Assembly: GCA_017524445.1 (NCBI GenBank)
Contig: JAFXVP010000030.1
Location: 8,535 to 72,534, forward strand
Length of the DNA: 64,000 nt
Source of the DNA: Clostridia bacterium
GTDB taxonomy: Bacteria > Bacillota > Clostridia > Christensenellales > CAG-138
Reading direction: 5' to 3'
The notes beneath the pieces were generated by a model that made no database searches, was not told the origin of the DNA, and saw only the letters and a program-made list of their open reading frames with translations. This document shows positions 27,113-36,744 of the stretch, piece after piece (position 1 is the stretch's first letter; the number at the start of each line of letters is the position of its first letter). The translations under genes were made by a program, and so were the position numbers.

Positions 27113-27958
27113 ATGGCTATCATTACCAATCAGGCAAACCTGACATATACCTACGGCCTGACGACGGCTTCCGTGTTGTCGAACGTGGCGACGACCGAAA
27201 TGAACGCGGCGCTTTCCGCCGCAAAGCGCGTCCTGGACGAATCGTATCGGCTTGGTTCCGATCTGACCTACATCCTGTCGTTTGAAAACGGCGGCGGCAG
27301 CGCGATCACAAACCTTCCGGTCCTCGACAACCTCGGTGCATACACGCCCGAAGGCGCGACCGCGCCGGTGCAGCCGCTGACCTACACGGGTCCCGCCGCG
27401 CTGTACATTGACGGCGTATTCTCTTCGGAGCTGAGCCCGACCGTGCAGGATGGGGGCGTGCTGTTCACGATCCCGGAGATCCCCGCGGGGTCCAACGCAC
27501 TGCTCGTCTATCAGGCGACCGTCAACGGCTTTGCACCGCTCACGCTCGGCAGCGAGATCGAAAACACGGCTTCGATCGGCACGACCGACCCGCAGACCGT
27601 GTCCGCGACTGTGCCCGCCGCGTCCTATGCGGACGTGTCGATCACCAAGGAAATGGCGCCCGATCCCGTCTCGACCGGCGATACGATGACCGTTACCTTC
27701 ACGATCGAAAACCGCGGCAACGCGGACGCGACCGGACTCTTGCTCACCGACGACTTCCCGCTTGCGCTTTCGGACGTTTCCGTGACCGTCAACGGCGCGC
27801 CGATCTCGGACTTCACGTTCGAGAACAGCACGCTGACCCTGCCCGTCGGCACGCAGACGACCCTGTCCGTCCCCGCCGCGGCCTTTACGCAGGACGAGAC
27901 CGGCGCGGTGACCGTCGTTCCCGGCAGGCTGACCGTTGTTATGACCGGCACAATCTGA
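27113..27958 (+). CDS. DUF11-type repeat protein without signal peptide
   Basis: Two Ig-like repeats (K...G..LTY.L.FEN.G; ITKEMAPDPVSTGDTMTVTFTIENRGN); Thr-rich; terminator at 27976-28008. Confidence 0.75.
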   Translation: MAIITNQANLTYTYGLTTASVLSNVATTEMNAALSAAKRVLDESYRLGSDLTYILSFENGGGSAITNLPVLDNLGAYTPEGATAPVQPLTYTGPAALYIDGVFSSELSPTVQDGGVLFTIPEIPAGSNALLVYQATVNGFAPLTLGSEIENTASIGTTDPQTVSATVPAASYADVSITKEMAPDPVSTGDTMTVTFTIENRGNADATGLLLTDDFPLALSDVSVTVNGAPISDFTFENSTLTLPVGTQTTLSVPAAAFTQDETGAVTVVPGRLTVVMTGTI

Positions 27959-28047
27959 ATTGTACTGTCTCTTCACCTTCCCACTCCGGGGAAGGTTTTT
28001 TATTTTTCTGTTGCGTTCGGCGGAAAAAGGCGGTATGATATATGGGT

Positions 28048-28488
28048 ATGAGTATGCATTCAACCATTGCCGATTCCATAAAGATCGACCGTCCGGCGGA
28101 TCCGCTGTCACTGCCGGCGCTGACGCTGGCGTACCTCGGCGACACGGTCTACGACCTGTACGTGCGCACGGCGCTTGCGGAGAACCTGCGGCTTCCGATG
28201 CGCGCGCTGCACCCTGAAGCGGCAAAGTACGTGTGCGCCGCGGGGCAGGCGCAGGCGTACCGCCGCATTGCGGATCAGCTTACCGAATCCGAACAGGCGG
28301 CTTTCAGGCGCGGACGCAACGCGCATTCCGCAACCGTTCCGAAGCACGCGGACGTGCGCGATTATCGCGTGGCGACCGGGCTTGAGGCGCTGCTCGGCCA
28401 TCTGTACCTTCTGGGCGAAGACGAACGCATCGGCGAGCTGATGCGCCTTGCCCTTCAAATTGAACGCGAAAAGGAGCCCGAATCATGA
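28048..28488 (+). CDS. mrnC: Mini-ribonuclease III
   Basis: LAYLGDTVYDLYVR, RRGRNA, YRVATGLEALLG; start uncertain (28042/28048/28054); TTGCGT-17-TATGAT promoter at 28011-28039. Confidence 0.9.
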   Translation: MSMHSTIADSIKIDRPADPLSLPALTLAYLGDTVYDLYVRTALAENLRLPMRALHPEAAKYVCAAGQAQAYRRIADQLTESEQAAFRRGRNAHSATVPKHADVRDYRVATGLEALLGHLYLLGEDERIGELMRLALQIEREKEPES

Positions 28489-29549
28489 GCGATCAGAGAA
28501 AAGACTACGGAAAGCGTCCCGCCTCCCGGGATACCGGCGCGCGCACGCAGTACGACAAGCCCTACGGCAAAAAGCCGTATCAGAGCGACAAAAAGAGCTA
28601 CGGGAACGGCGAATACCGCAAGTCCAACGCAGGCAAGTCCTACGACGGTGAGCCGCGCAGCAAGAAGCCCTATCCGGAGAAGGGCTATTCCAAGAAGCCG
28701 TTCGACCGCGATGAAAAGCCGTATGACCGCAGGCGCGGCCGTGACGAGCAGCCGAAGCGCTTCAATGAACCCGCGCCGGTCGAGAATGAGCGCGACGAAC
28801 AGCCGTACCTTCTGATCGGCAGGAACGCGGTGCGTGAGGCGATCAAAAGCGGACGCAGCATCGACCGCGTGCTCGTTTCGACCGAACACGACGGTTCTCT
28901 CGGCGAGATCGTGACCCTTGCGCGCGAGCGGAAGCTCGTCGTGCGCGAGGTCGACCGCAAGAAGCTCGACGAGCTTTGCATGCCGTTCGGACACGGCGGC
29001 AAGACCGCGAACCACCAGGGCGTCGTCGCGTACGCGGCGGGCGTGACCTATTGCGAGATCGCCGACATCCTCGACGCCGCGAAGGAAAAGGGCGAAGCGC
29101 CGTTCGTCATCGTGCTGGACGGCGTGGAGGATCCGCACAACCTCGGCTCCATCATCCGCAGCGCGGACTGCGCGGGTGCGCACGGTGTGATCATCGGCAA
29201 GCGCAGAAGCGCCTCCGTCACCGCTGCCGCCGTCAAAGCGAGCGCGGGCGCGACGGAATACGTGAAGATTGCGCGGGTGGTGAACATTTCCGCGGCGCTT
29301 ACGGAGCTGAAGGCCGCGGGGCTTTGGATCGCGGGCGCGGACATGGACGGCGAAAGCATGCGCTCCGCCGCCATGAAGGGACCGCTTGCGATCGTGATCG
29401 GCAACGAAGGCGAAGGGCTAAGCAAGCTCGTCCGCGACAACTGTGATTTTCTCGTATCCATCCCGATGCACGGGCACATCGATTCTCTGAACGCGGGCGT
29501 CGCCGCGGCGATTTTGATGTTCGAGAAGAAACGGCAGGACGCTGAATGA
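28485..29549 (+). CDS. rlmB: 23S rRNA (Gm2251) methyltransferase with long N-terminal extension
   Basis: GRNAVREA, DPHNLGSIIRSA, GNEGEG, DSLNAGVA SPOUT motifs; mrnC-rlmB-sigH synteny. Confidence 0.93.
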   Translation: MSDQRKDYGKRPASRDTGARTQYDKPYGKKPYQSDKKSYGNGEYRKSNAGKSYDGEPRSKKPYPEKGYSKKPFDRDEKPYDRRRGRDEQPKRFNEPAPVENERDEQPYLLIGRNAVREAIKSGRSIDRVLVSTEHDGSLGEIVTLARERKLVVREVDRKKLDELCMPFGHGGKTANHQGVVAYAAGVTYCEIADILDAAKEKGEAPFVIVLDGVEDPHNLGSIIRSADCAGAHGVIIGKRRSASVTAAAVKASAGATEYVKIARVVNISAALTELKAAGLWIAGADMDGESMRSAAMKGPLAIVIGNEGEGLSKLVRDNCDFLVSIPMHGHIDSLNAGVAAAILMFEKKRQDAE

Positions 29550-30142
29550 ACACGCCCACCGACGAAGAACTGCTTGCCCGCATCCGCGAAGGCGACAGCG
29601 AAGCGGAGCTAAAGCTGTACGAACGCTACAAGCAGCTCGTCCGTTCGCGCGCGCATTCGTATTTTCTGATCGGCGCGGACCACGAGGACCTTGTGCAGGA
29701 AGGCATGCTCGGGCTGTATAAGGCGGTTTGTGAGTACGACGAAAGCAAAGCGGCGGCGTTCAAGAGCTTTGCGGAGCTGTGCGTCACGCGGCAGATCCTG
29801 TCCGCGATCAAGAACGCCACGCGCAAAAAGCATACGCCACTGAACCATTACGTTTCGCTGAACAGCTCCCCGGTCACGGAAAACGGCGAACTGACGCTAC
29901 TGGATTCGATCCGGTCGCTGCGCGTCGCCGACCCCGAGGAGGTCGTGATCGGGCGCGAGAATTTCGAGCAGCTGATGCAGTACCTCGAAAAAACGCTGTC
30001 CCCGATGGAGCGGCGCGTGCTCGGGCTCTACCTCGACGGTCTTTCCTATCCGCAGATCGCGGCGCGCATCGGAAAGCCGCTGAAATCGGTCGACAACGCC
30101 ATGCAGCGCGTGAAACATAAGCTCGAAGCATTCCGGAAATAG
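29546..30142 (+). CDS. sigH: RNA polymerase sigma-H factor
   Basis: YFLIGADHEDLVQEGMLGLYKA, KHTPLNHYVSL, KSVDNAMQRVK. Confidence 0.94.
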   Translation: MNTPTDEELLARIREGDSEAELKLYERYKQLVRSRAHSYFLIGADHEDLVQEGMLGLYKAVCEYDESKAAAFKSFAELCVTRQILSAIKNATRKKHTPLNHYVSLNSSPVTENGELTLLDSIRSLRVADPEEVVIGRENFEQLMQYLEKTLSPMERRVLGLYLDGLSYPQIAARIGKPLKSVDNAMQRVKHKLEAFRK

Positions 30143-30147
30143 ACAAC

Positions 30148-30183
30148 AACAGTCCCCGAACCGTTCGGTCCGGGGACTGTTTT
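30148..30183. terminator. Bidirectional terminator
   Basis: AACAGTCCCCG...CGGGGACTGTT between convergent genes. Confidence 0.75.
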
Positions 30184-30190
30184 CTGTCTG

Positions 30191-33100
30191 TTATTTCACC
30201 TTGCAGCTCAGCACGTTCGACCACTCGCCGAAATAGGTCATGCCCCCGAACTCATGGTAGGAACGGATGCATACATAGTAGGTCGTGTTTGACTGCAGCT
30301 CCTTGATCGTCGTCCAGTACGTCGTCGGATCGCCGATCTTGATCGCTTTGACGTTCTTCGTGAAGTTCGCGTCCGTCGCGTACTTGATCTGATAGCCCGT
30401 AAAGTTCTTGGACGCTTCCCACTTGACCGTCATTTGCTTGCTGCCCGGACGGACCTGAACCAGCTTGCGCGTCGTGATGCGCACCGTCGTTCTCAGCGGT
30501 CCGACCTCGCCGAGGTTGAAGTTATCCCCCACATTGCCGCCGATCGTCGCGCCGGAGACCGGATCGGTGCGCCGCGCAAAGTATGCCTTGACGCCGTACT
30601 GATAGCGCGATCCGGCATAGACCTTATGATCGACATCCGAACCGTCAATCCATTCGGTGCCGGTCACGTTGTACCACCGCACAAAGTCCGTCCAGCCGTT
30701 GGTCGTGCTGCTCCACGCTCTGCGATAGATGACGTAGCCCGCCGCGCCTTCGACCGGATCCCATGTGAGCTTGATGCCGTTCGAAACGTTCTCTACGTAG
30801 GTATTCTTCGTTGCCGGCAGATAGATCTTGAACCAACCCTGACATTCGCCCGTATAATCGCCCTTGAACGTGACGATCACGTAGCCCGTGCCCGCGTTCG
30901 TGTTCTCACAATACTCGTAATCATAGAATTCGGGATCGACGATGCTGCCGTCCGCGCTGTTCTTGACCGTAAACCGCGGCGTCTGCGCGCTGCCGTTCGC
31001 GATCACGTACGGTGTCGTGCCCCTGAGCTGCACGTCTGCCGCGTTCCACTCGACCGTGCCCTCAATCTGTATCTGCTGAATAACCTCGATCTCGTAGGTG
31101 AGCGTTTTGTCCTCGAACGTCACCGTCAGCACCTGCGTTCCGAGAACCGAACCGTCAAATCCCGTGACCATATCCGCGGTCAGCGGCTCCTCCTCGACGA
31201 TGTCGTGATCGTAATACGTCGTGATCGCGCCGCCGTATACGCTGAGCGTATCGCCTTCCGCATACACCAGCTTCTCCGGCAGCGTCTTCCATTCGATCGC
31301 ATTAAGCGGCAGATAGTGCCATTCTGCGTCCAAGAGACTCGTGTTGGAATGCTGGATGGTGATCTTCCTCCGCATCTGCGGCGTTCCGTCATAATATACG
31401 TCCGTCAGGTGCGTGCAGCTGGAAAACGCGAAGGTTCCGATGTCTGTTACGTTGTCCGGAATGAAGATCTCCGTTAACCCCTTGCAGTCGTTGAACGCAT
31501 AAGCGTCGATGCTGATCAGACTCGAGGGCAGCGTGATCTCCGTCAGCCCCGCGCAGTTGTAAAAAGCCCATGTCCCGATGTTCAGAATGCCCTCGTCAAG
31601 CGTGACGGTCATTGCGTTGCTGCGCGACACGTACCAGGGCGTATATTCGTAAATGTTGGGTCTGTAGCCCGTCATCGTCCCCGTTCCCTTGGTCAGGTGC
31701 ACTTCCGTAACGGCTTTGCAGCCGGAAAACGCGGACTCTCCGATGCTTGCGCTGCACGGCATCGTGATCGACGCCAGGCTCGTACATTCTTTGAACGCGT
31801 TTTTGCCGACGTCCGTCACGCCGTCGCCGATCGTCGCCGACGCCAGCTGTACGCAGCTGTAAAATGCGGATTCTCCGATGCTCGTTACGCTGTCCGGGAT
31901 CGTGATCGCCGGCAGCGCCCTGCAGTTGCCGAACGCGGAATCGCCGATGCCCGTCACGCCGCCGCCGATCCCGACCGAAGTCAGCTGTGTGCAGCCGTAA
32001 AACGCAGAGACGCCGATGCTTTCCGCCGCGTCGCCGATCGTGAGCGACTCGATCCCGGTGCATTCTTTAAACGCACTCTCGCCGATGACGCCACTGTCGA
32101 TCGATGCGGATCTCAGCCCCGTGCAGCCCCTGAACGCTTCCTTTCCGATGCTTGTCACGTGCGAAAGGATCGTGATTTCGGGGAGTCCCGTGCAGGCATA
32201 GAACGCTCTGTCCCCGATGCTCGTCACGCTCGAAGGGATCGTGATCGACGTCAGTCCGCTGCAGCGGTAAAAGCCGTATTCCCCGATCTCCGGGATCCCT
32301 TCGTCCAGTACGGCGGTCATTTTTTTGCCCTGGAAAAGCGGGCTCGTCGTCTTGTTGCTGATCTTCCACTCCCCGGTTCCCACGGTGAAACGGAGCTTTC
32401 TGATCGCTGTGGAATCGTCGAACGCAGACAGCTCGATCTCCGCGCTGCACGGCATCGTAACGTTTTTCAGTGCCGAGCAGCTGTCAAACGCCTGCATGCC
32501 GACGCTCGTGACGCTGTCCGGGAGCACGATCGACGTAAGCGCCGCACATTCCATAAACGCGCGGTCGCCGATGCTCGTGACCCCCGAAGGGATCGTGACC
32601 GAGCTGAGGCCTGTACAGCCCTCAAACGCAGATCCGCCGATGTTCGTGACGTCCGAAGGGATCGTGACCGACAGAAGATTCGTACAGCCGTAGAACATAT
32701 AGTCCGAGACGCCGTTCACGCCGTTTGAGATCGTGACCGATCCAAGCCCCGCGCAGCCGTAAAACGTGCCCCATCCGATGTTCGTCACGCTGTCCGGGAT
32801 CGCAATCTCCTGTAAACCCGTGCAGTTGTAAAATGCAGAATCGCCGATATCCGTCACGCTTGAAGGGATCGTGATCGACGTAAGACCCGAACACTCGTAA
32901 AACGCTTCGTCAGCGATGTCCGTCACGCTCGAAGGGATCGTGATCGACGTCAGATATCTCTTATTACGGAACGCCTTGTCGCTGATATTTTGGACGCCGT
33001 CGTCCAGGATGACGGAGACGGAACCGCTTCCGGAGACATACGGCAGCGGTCCGGCCGCCATGGTCCCCGTTCCCTTGGTCATATGAACAGTCGTGACGGC

Positions 33101-33523
33101 GGTGCAGTCGGAAAACGTATAGTTGGTGGTCACGACCCGGACGCTGCACGGCACCGTGATCGACGTGACCGCCGTACAGCCGCGGAACGCGCCGTCATTG
33201 ATATCCGTTACGCCGTCCGGGATCACGAGTTCGGTCAGTCCCGTGCAGCTGAAAAACGCGGACTTGCCGACGCTTGTCATCCCGTCCGGAAACGCCACGG
33301 CCGTGATCTCGGACCGGACGGAATTCCACGGCGCGGTCCCGATGCCGTAATCGTACATCGCGCCGCTGCCCGTGATCGTCAGCACGCCGGTCTCCCCGTC
33401 GAACTCCCAATAGAGATCGTCGCCGCACTGACCGGACGTTTCCGCGGACGCTGTCTTGAGACTCAGCGGCAGCAGCGCGGCGATCATCAGAATGCAAAGA
33501 ACAACAGACAGCAGTTTTTTCAT
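30191..33523 (-). CDS. BspA-type leucine-rich repeat (LRR_5) surface protein with Ig-like and FN3 domains
   Basis: Signal peptide; many IPxSVTxIGxxAFxxCxxL repeats; PEKLVYAEGD Ig-like domain; C-terminal FN3. Confidence 0.9.
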   Translation of the reverse strand: MKKLLSVVLCILMIAALLPLSLKTASAETSGQCGDDLYWEFDGETGVLTITGSGAMYDYGIGTAPWNSVRSEITAVAFPDGMTSVGKSAFFSCTGLTELVIPDGVTDINDGAFRGCTAVTSITVPCSVRVVTTNYTFSDCTAVTTVHMTKGTGTMAAGPLPYVSGSGSVSVILDDGVQNISDKAFRNKRYLTSITIPSSVTDIADEAFYECSGLTSITIPSSVTDIGDSAFYNCTGLQEIAIPDSVTNIGWGTFYGCAGLGSVTISNGVNGVSDYMFYGCTNLLSVTIPSDVTNIGGSAFEGCTGLSSVTIPSGVTSIGDRAFMECAALTSIVLPDSVTSVGMQAFDSCSALKNVTMPCSAEIELSAFDDSTAIRKLRFTVGTGEWKISNKTTSPLFQGKKMTAVLDEGIPEIGEYGFYRCSGLTSITIPSSVTSIGDRAFYACTGLPEITILSHVTSIGKEAFRGCTGLRSASIDSGVIGESAFKECTGIESLTIGDAAESIGVSAFYGCTQLTSVGIGGGVTGIGDSAFGNCRALPAITIPDSVTSIGESAFYSCVQLASATIGDGVTDVGKNAFKECTSLASITMPCSASIGESAFSGCKAVTEVHLTKGTGTMTGYRPNIYEYTPWYVSRSNAMTVTLDEGILNIGTWAFYNCAGLTEITLPSSLISIDAYAFNDCKGLTEIFIPDNVTDIGTFAFSSCTHLTDVYYDGTPQMRRKITIQHSNTSLLDAEWHYLPLNAIEWKTLPEKLVYAEGDTLSVYGGAITTYYDHDIVEEEPLTADMVTGFDGSVLGTQVLTVTFEDKTLTYEIEVIQQIQIEGTVEWNAADVQLRGTTPYVIANGSAQTPRFTVKNSADGSIVDPEFYDYEYCENTNAGTGYVIVTFKGDYTGECQGWFKIYLPATKNTYVENVSNGIKLTWDPVEGAAGYVIYRRAWSSTTNGWTDFVRWYNVTGTEWIDGSDVDHKVYAGSRYQYGVKAYFARRTDPVSGATIGGNVGDNFNLGEVGPLRTTVRITTRKLVQVRPGSKQMTVKWEASKNFTGYQIKYATDANFTKNVKAIKIGDPTTYWTTIKELQSNTTYYVCIRSYHEFGGMTYFGEWSNVLSCKVK

Positions 33524-33836
33524 AATTCCCTCCCGGATGCACAGAACAGAGATATGCGGTATTCTATAAACACAATTTAACACATAAAGCGTATGCGTTC
33601 AATAGAAAATCGTAAAACCGGAGAGATATTTCCCATCCGGTCCGCCTGCAGCGTGTCGGCGAGAATTGCGCCCTGCATCCGGCGCGTACGCCCCGTCAGG
33701 CAGCAAAAGCGGGAGGGGTCTGCCCTCCCGCCTGCGTTTCCGCCGTTATTTTATCTTGCAGCCCGATACGTTCGGCCGCTCGCCGAGGACCGCATTTTAT
33801 AGCGTGACAGCTCTGCCCGATCGGGGCAAAAGCAGA

Positions 33837-35273
33837 TCAAAGCGTCGGCTCACGCAGAAGGAATTCCGCGATCTGTGCGGGCACCTTGCCGACGGCGGAT
33901 ACCGATCCGTCCCGGTGCAGGATCAGCGCATACGTTCCCGCGGGGGAAACCTCGACAACGTTTGCTTCCGCGCCGAGCCCCGTAAGATACGCTTCGCTGC
34001 AGGGGACCAACGCACGACAGACAAGACTCCCGTCCGCGCAGATGCCGACCAGGACCGACGCGCTGTTGTGCAGCGCGATCACATCCTTCCAGGAATCCAA
34101 CACTTCCTCTTCTCCGTGCACAGTTCCCTCTTCATCCAGTGCAAAGGCGGACCCTGTAACGATCGCGGCGTCGCAGAACGTGTTTCCGGAAATCCTGCCC
34201 TTCTGACGGGTACACAAAAGCGTGCCGTCGCTGCGTACGCCGATCAGCGCGGTTTCGCATGCGCTGACCGACCGCAGGTTTGACCATCCGGTCAGATCAT
34301 ACTCGGAAAAGCCGCAATGCAGCAGCGTTCCGTCCGAGCGGATCGCAAAGGTGTCCCATCCCCCGCAGGCGATCGAAACAACGTCGGACCATTCCTCAAC
34401 GGCGCACTGTCCGTATGTATTGTCGCCCGCGGCGACGACCGTGCCGTCCGATTTCAGCCCGACGGTATGCCGATACCCTGCCGCAACGGCACGAAGTTCC
34501 GTAAATGCCGCAACGTCGCACTGCCCGTATTCATTGTCGCCGACCGCTTCGGCGTGACCGTCGGAAAACAGAAACACCGCATGTGCGTGCCCCGCGGCGA
34601 TGCGGCCGACCGTCAGCGCTTCGCGTGCCTCGGTGATCTCGAGAATGCGCTGCCAATCCTCTTCGGAAAGGCCCTTTGCCTGCGCGATCGCCTTTTGGGG
34701 ATCGCTTTCCCCGGTGAGCGCGATCGCGATCTCCGTCGCGCGCGCTTCGGCGTCGGCGTACGGGATCAGCTCAGAAAACAGGCGAAACGCCTCATGGCTG
34801 TCGCCGGAATCGAACGTCTGCTCCGCGATACGATAGCGGCAGGCGCGGCCGCGCTCTTCTGCGTCCGCATACGGAACCAGTGCAAAGAAGGCCTCGGCTG
34901 CCGCGGCGTCATCGCCCGCGCGTTCCAGCGCATCCGCCTGTGCATACCGGCATTCACGCACGCGCGATTGCGCGTCCCGATACGCGCCGAGGGCCAGAAA
35001 ACCGGCTTCCGCCTCCGCGTAGCTGCCGTTCTCAAGCGCCTGCTCCGCTTCACTGTACGCAATGGAATTGCGCATCTCATCCGCTTTTTCCGGGTCCGCC
35101 AAAGCCGCATACGCGAGGACCTGTTCCGTATCGCCGTTCTGCAGAGCATTCTCCGCCTTAGCGGCATACCGTGCTTCGCGGGTCGTTTCAAGATACCAGT
35201 ATCCGACCACACCGGCAGCCGCTATCAGACCGATCAGAACGGTGCAGACAACAAACCGGGCTGTTTTCTTCAT
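33837..35273 (-). CDS. Membrane-anchored TPR-like plus RCC1/BLIP-II repeat protein
   Basis: N-terminal TM, helical YxxA repeats, IAAGHAH / VAAGYRHTVGLKSDGTV / GDNTYGQC repeats. Confidence 0.82.
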   Translation of the reverse strand: MKKTARFVVCTVLIGLIAAAGVVGYWYLETTREARYAAKAENALQNGDTEQVLAYAALADPEKADEMRNSIAYSEAEQALENGSYAEAEAGFLALGAYRDAQSRVRECRYAQADALERAGDDAAAAEAFFALVPYADAEERGRACRYRIAEQTFDSGDSHEAFRLFSELIPYADAEARATEIAIALTGESDPQKAIAQAKGLSEEDWQRILEITEAREALTVGRIAAGHAHAVFLFSDGHAEAVGDNEYGQCDVAAFTELRAVAAGYRHTVGLKSDGTVVAAGDNTYGQCAVEEWSDVVSIACGGWDTFAIRSDGTLLHCGFSEYDLTGWSNLRSVSACETALIGVRSDGTLLCTRQKGRISGNTFCDAAIVTGSAFALDEEGTVHGEEEVLDSWKDVIALHNSASVLVGICADGSLVCRALVPCSEAYLTGLGAEANVVEVSPAGTYALILHRDGSVSAVGKVPAQIAEFLLREPTL

Positions 35274-35286
35274 CGTCCCCGCCCCC

Positions 35287-36744
35287 TCACAGATACCGCT
35301 GCATCAGCTTCTGCATGATGACGTGACTGATGCCGGTCGACATGGAAATCACAATATAAATATCATCGATCTCGTGTTCCTCGACATACTGACGCACGGT
35401 CCATCTGCGATGCTCACCGTCGTAGTTGTCTTCGCGGAAATCCACCGCGTGTATCTCCTCGTAATACGGCGCCAGATAGGGAAGGAAGCAGTTGGCGTAG
35501 GAATCTCCCGTCACCAGGCAGCGTCTGCCGCTGTCAACGCCTGTTTCATAGCAGCGCCACGGGCCGCGTTGTCCGCCGAGATACCCCGCGTAATTATTCC
35601 GCTCCGGTATTAAAAACTGGCAATTCGGTTTCCCGCCGGTCCATAAGATCGTGTATCCTTTGACCGGCAGGATCGGGATCATGACGTCGATCGTATCCGG
35701 TTCCATCGTCTGCAGCACTTCCGGATGTGTATACTTTTTGGAGCCGTAGAACCCGGTATTGTGACGGTAGGTATATTCATCATAGTCCATCGCGTGAATA
35801 CCGATCCGCCCGAGCATCGCCTGCGCGGTATAGCAGGCCGCAAGCGGTTTCCAGTGATGGTCGGTGTGGAAATACAGATCCTCTCCGGCCTTCAGATGCG
35901 GCACCAGAATATCCGCCGGACTGAAAACTTCCACGCCGGGCAGTGCGTTTTCCGCAATCGTCTGCTCCACATCGGATTCCCATCCGATGTATGTCCCGTT
36001 CTGAATATCAAACGCGATCTTGGGCGTCGGCGCCTGAATGAAGAAAACATGCCCGTCCTCCGGCAGGATCGCACGGTACGCGTTGATGACGTCGATCGTT
36101 TTGCGCATTTCCTCTGCGGTGTATGCCTTAATCGCAAAGGACGTACCGTCCGGAAGGATCTCACAGAAGGTGCACGCTTCGATACTGCTCTCCTGCGGCG
36201 CGGAAGCGGACGGCTCCGGTTCGGGCGAAGGCGTCTCGGTCTCCGGCTGCTCCGTTTGCGGCGCGTCCTGTTCGCCCGAAGGCGATTCGGGCGCGGGAGA
36301 TTCGGACGGTGCGGCAGCTTCCGCCGTCGCTTCCCGATCCGACGCCGGCCCTTCCTCATCGACGAACGCCGGGTTTTCCGCATCGACGAGCGCCGGGTCT
36401 TCTTCATCGAAATAATCCGTGCCTTCCTCGTCGGTGAGCTCCGGGTCTTCCAAACTGTCGGTCGTACGGTCCAGCGACAGCATGTTCATCCAGACCGCCG
36501 TCTCGGTGATCACGCGCTCGCGCGCGGGTATGCCGTCAGACAGATAGGATTCCATGCCGGACATAAATGAGCCGTCGCCGACCGACTGTGCGGAAAGAGC
36601 GGGAAAACCGGACAGCATGCGGTTCTCCGCATCCGACGCGCGGGCCTTCTTTTCGCCGAGTGCCAGCAGCAGAACGCCGAGCACGCCGAATGCCACGACG
36701 CAGGCGTATGTGAGATAGAACGAAATACGATGCTTCATACTCAA
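35287..36744 (-). CDS. DHHW-family (AlgJ/AlgX-like SGNH) O-acetyltransferase partner
   Basis: ENRML, YFHTDHHW, GDSY motifs; acidic Pro-rich linker; overlaps the MBOAT gene. Confidence 0.85.
   Translation of the reverse strand: MSMKHRISFYLTYACVVAFGVLGVLLLALGEKKARASDAENRMLSGFPALSAQSVGDGSFMSGMESYLSDGIPARERVITETAVWMNMLSLDRTTDSLEDPELTDEEGTDYFDEEDPALVDAENPAFVDEEGPASDREATAEAAAPSESPAPESPSGEQDAPQTEQPETETPSPEPEPSASAPQESSIEACTFCEILPDGTSFAIKAYTAEEMRKTIDVINAYRAILPEDGHVFFIQAPTPKIAFDIQNGTYIGWESDVEQTIAENALPGVEVFSPADILVPHLKAGEDLYFHTDHHWKPLAACYTAQAMLGRIGIHAMDYDEYTYRHNTGFYGSKKYTHPEVLQTMEPDTIDVMIPILPVKGYTILWTGGKPNCQFLIPERNNYAGYLGGQRGPWRCYETGVDSGRRCLVTGDSYANCFLPYLAPYYEEIHAVDFREDNYDGEHRRWTVRQYVEEHEIDDIYIVISMSTGISHVIMQKLMQRYL

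Noticed and set aside
30191-33523. DGR target or phase-variable locus in the LRR gene
   Set aside because: The internal nucleotide repeats are ordinary LRR_5 duplications; no reverse transcriptase, adenine-specific template/variable pair or invertase is visible.
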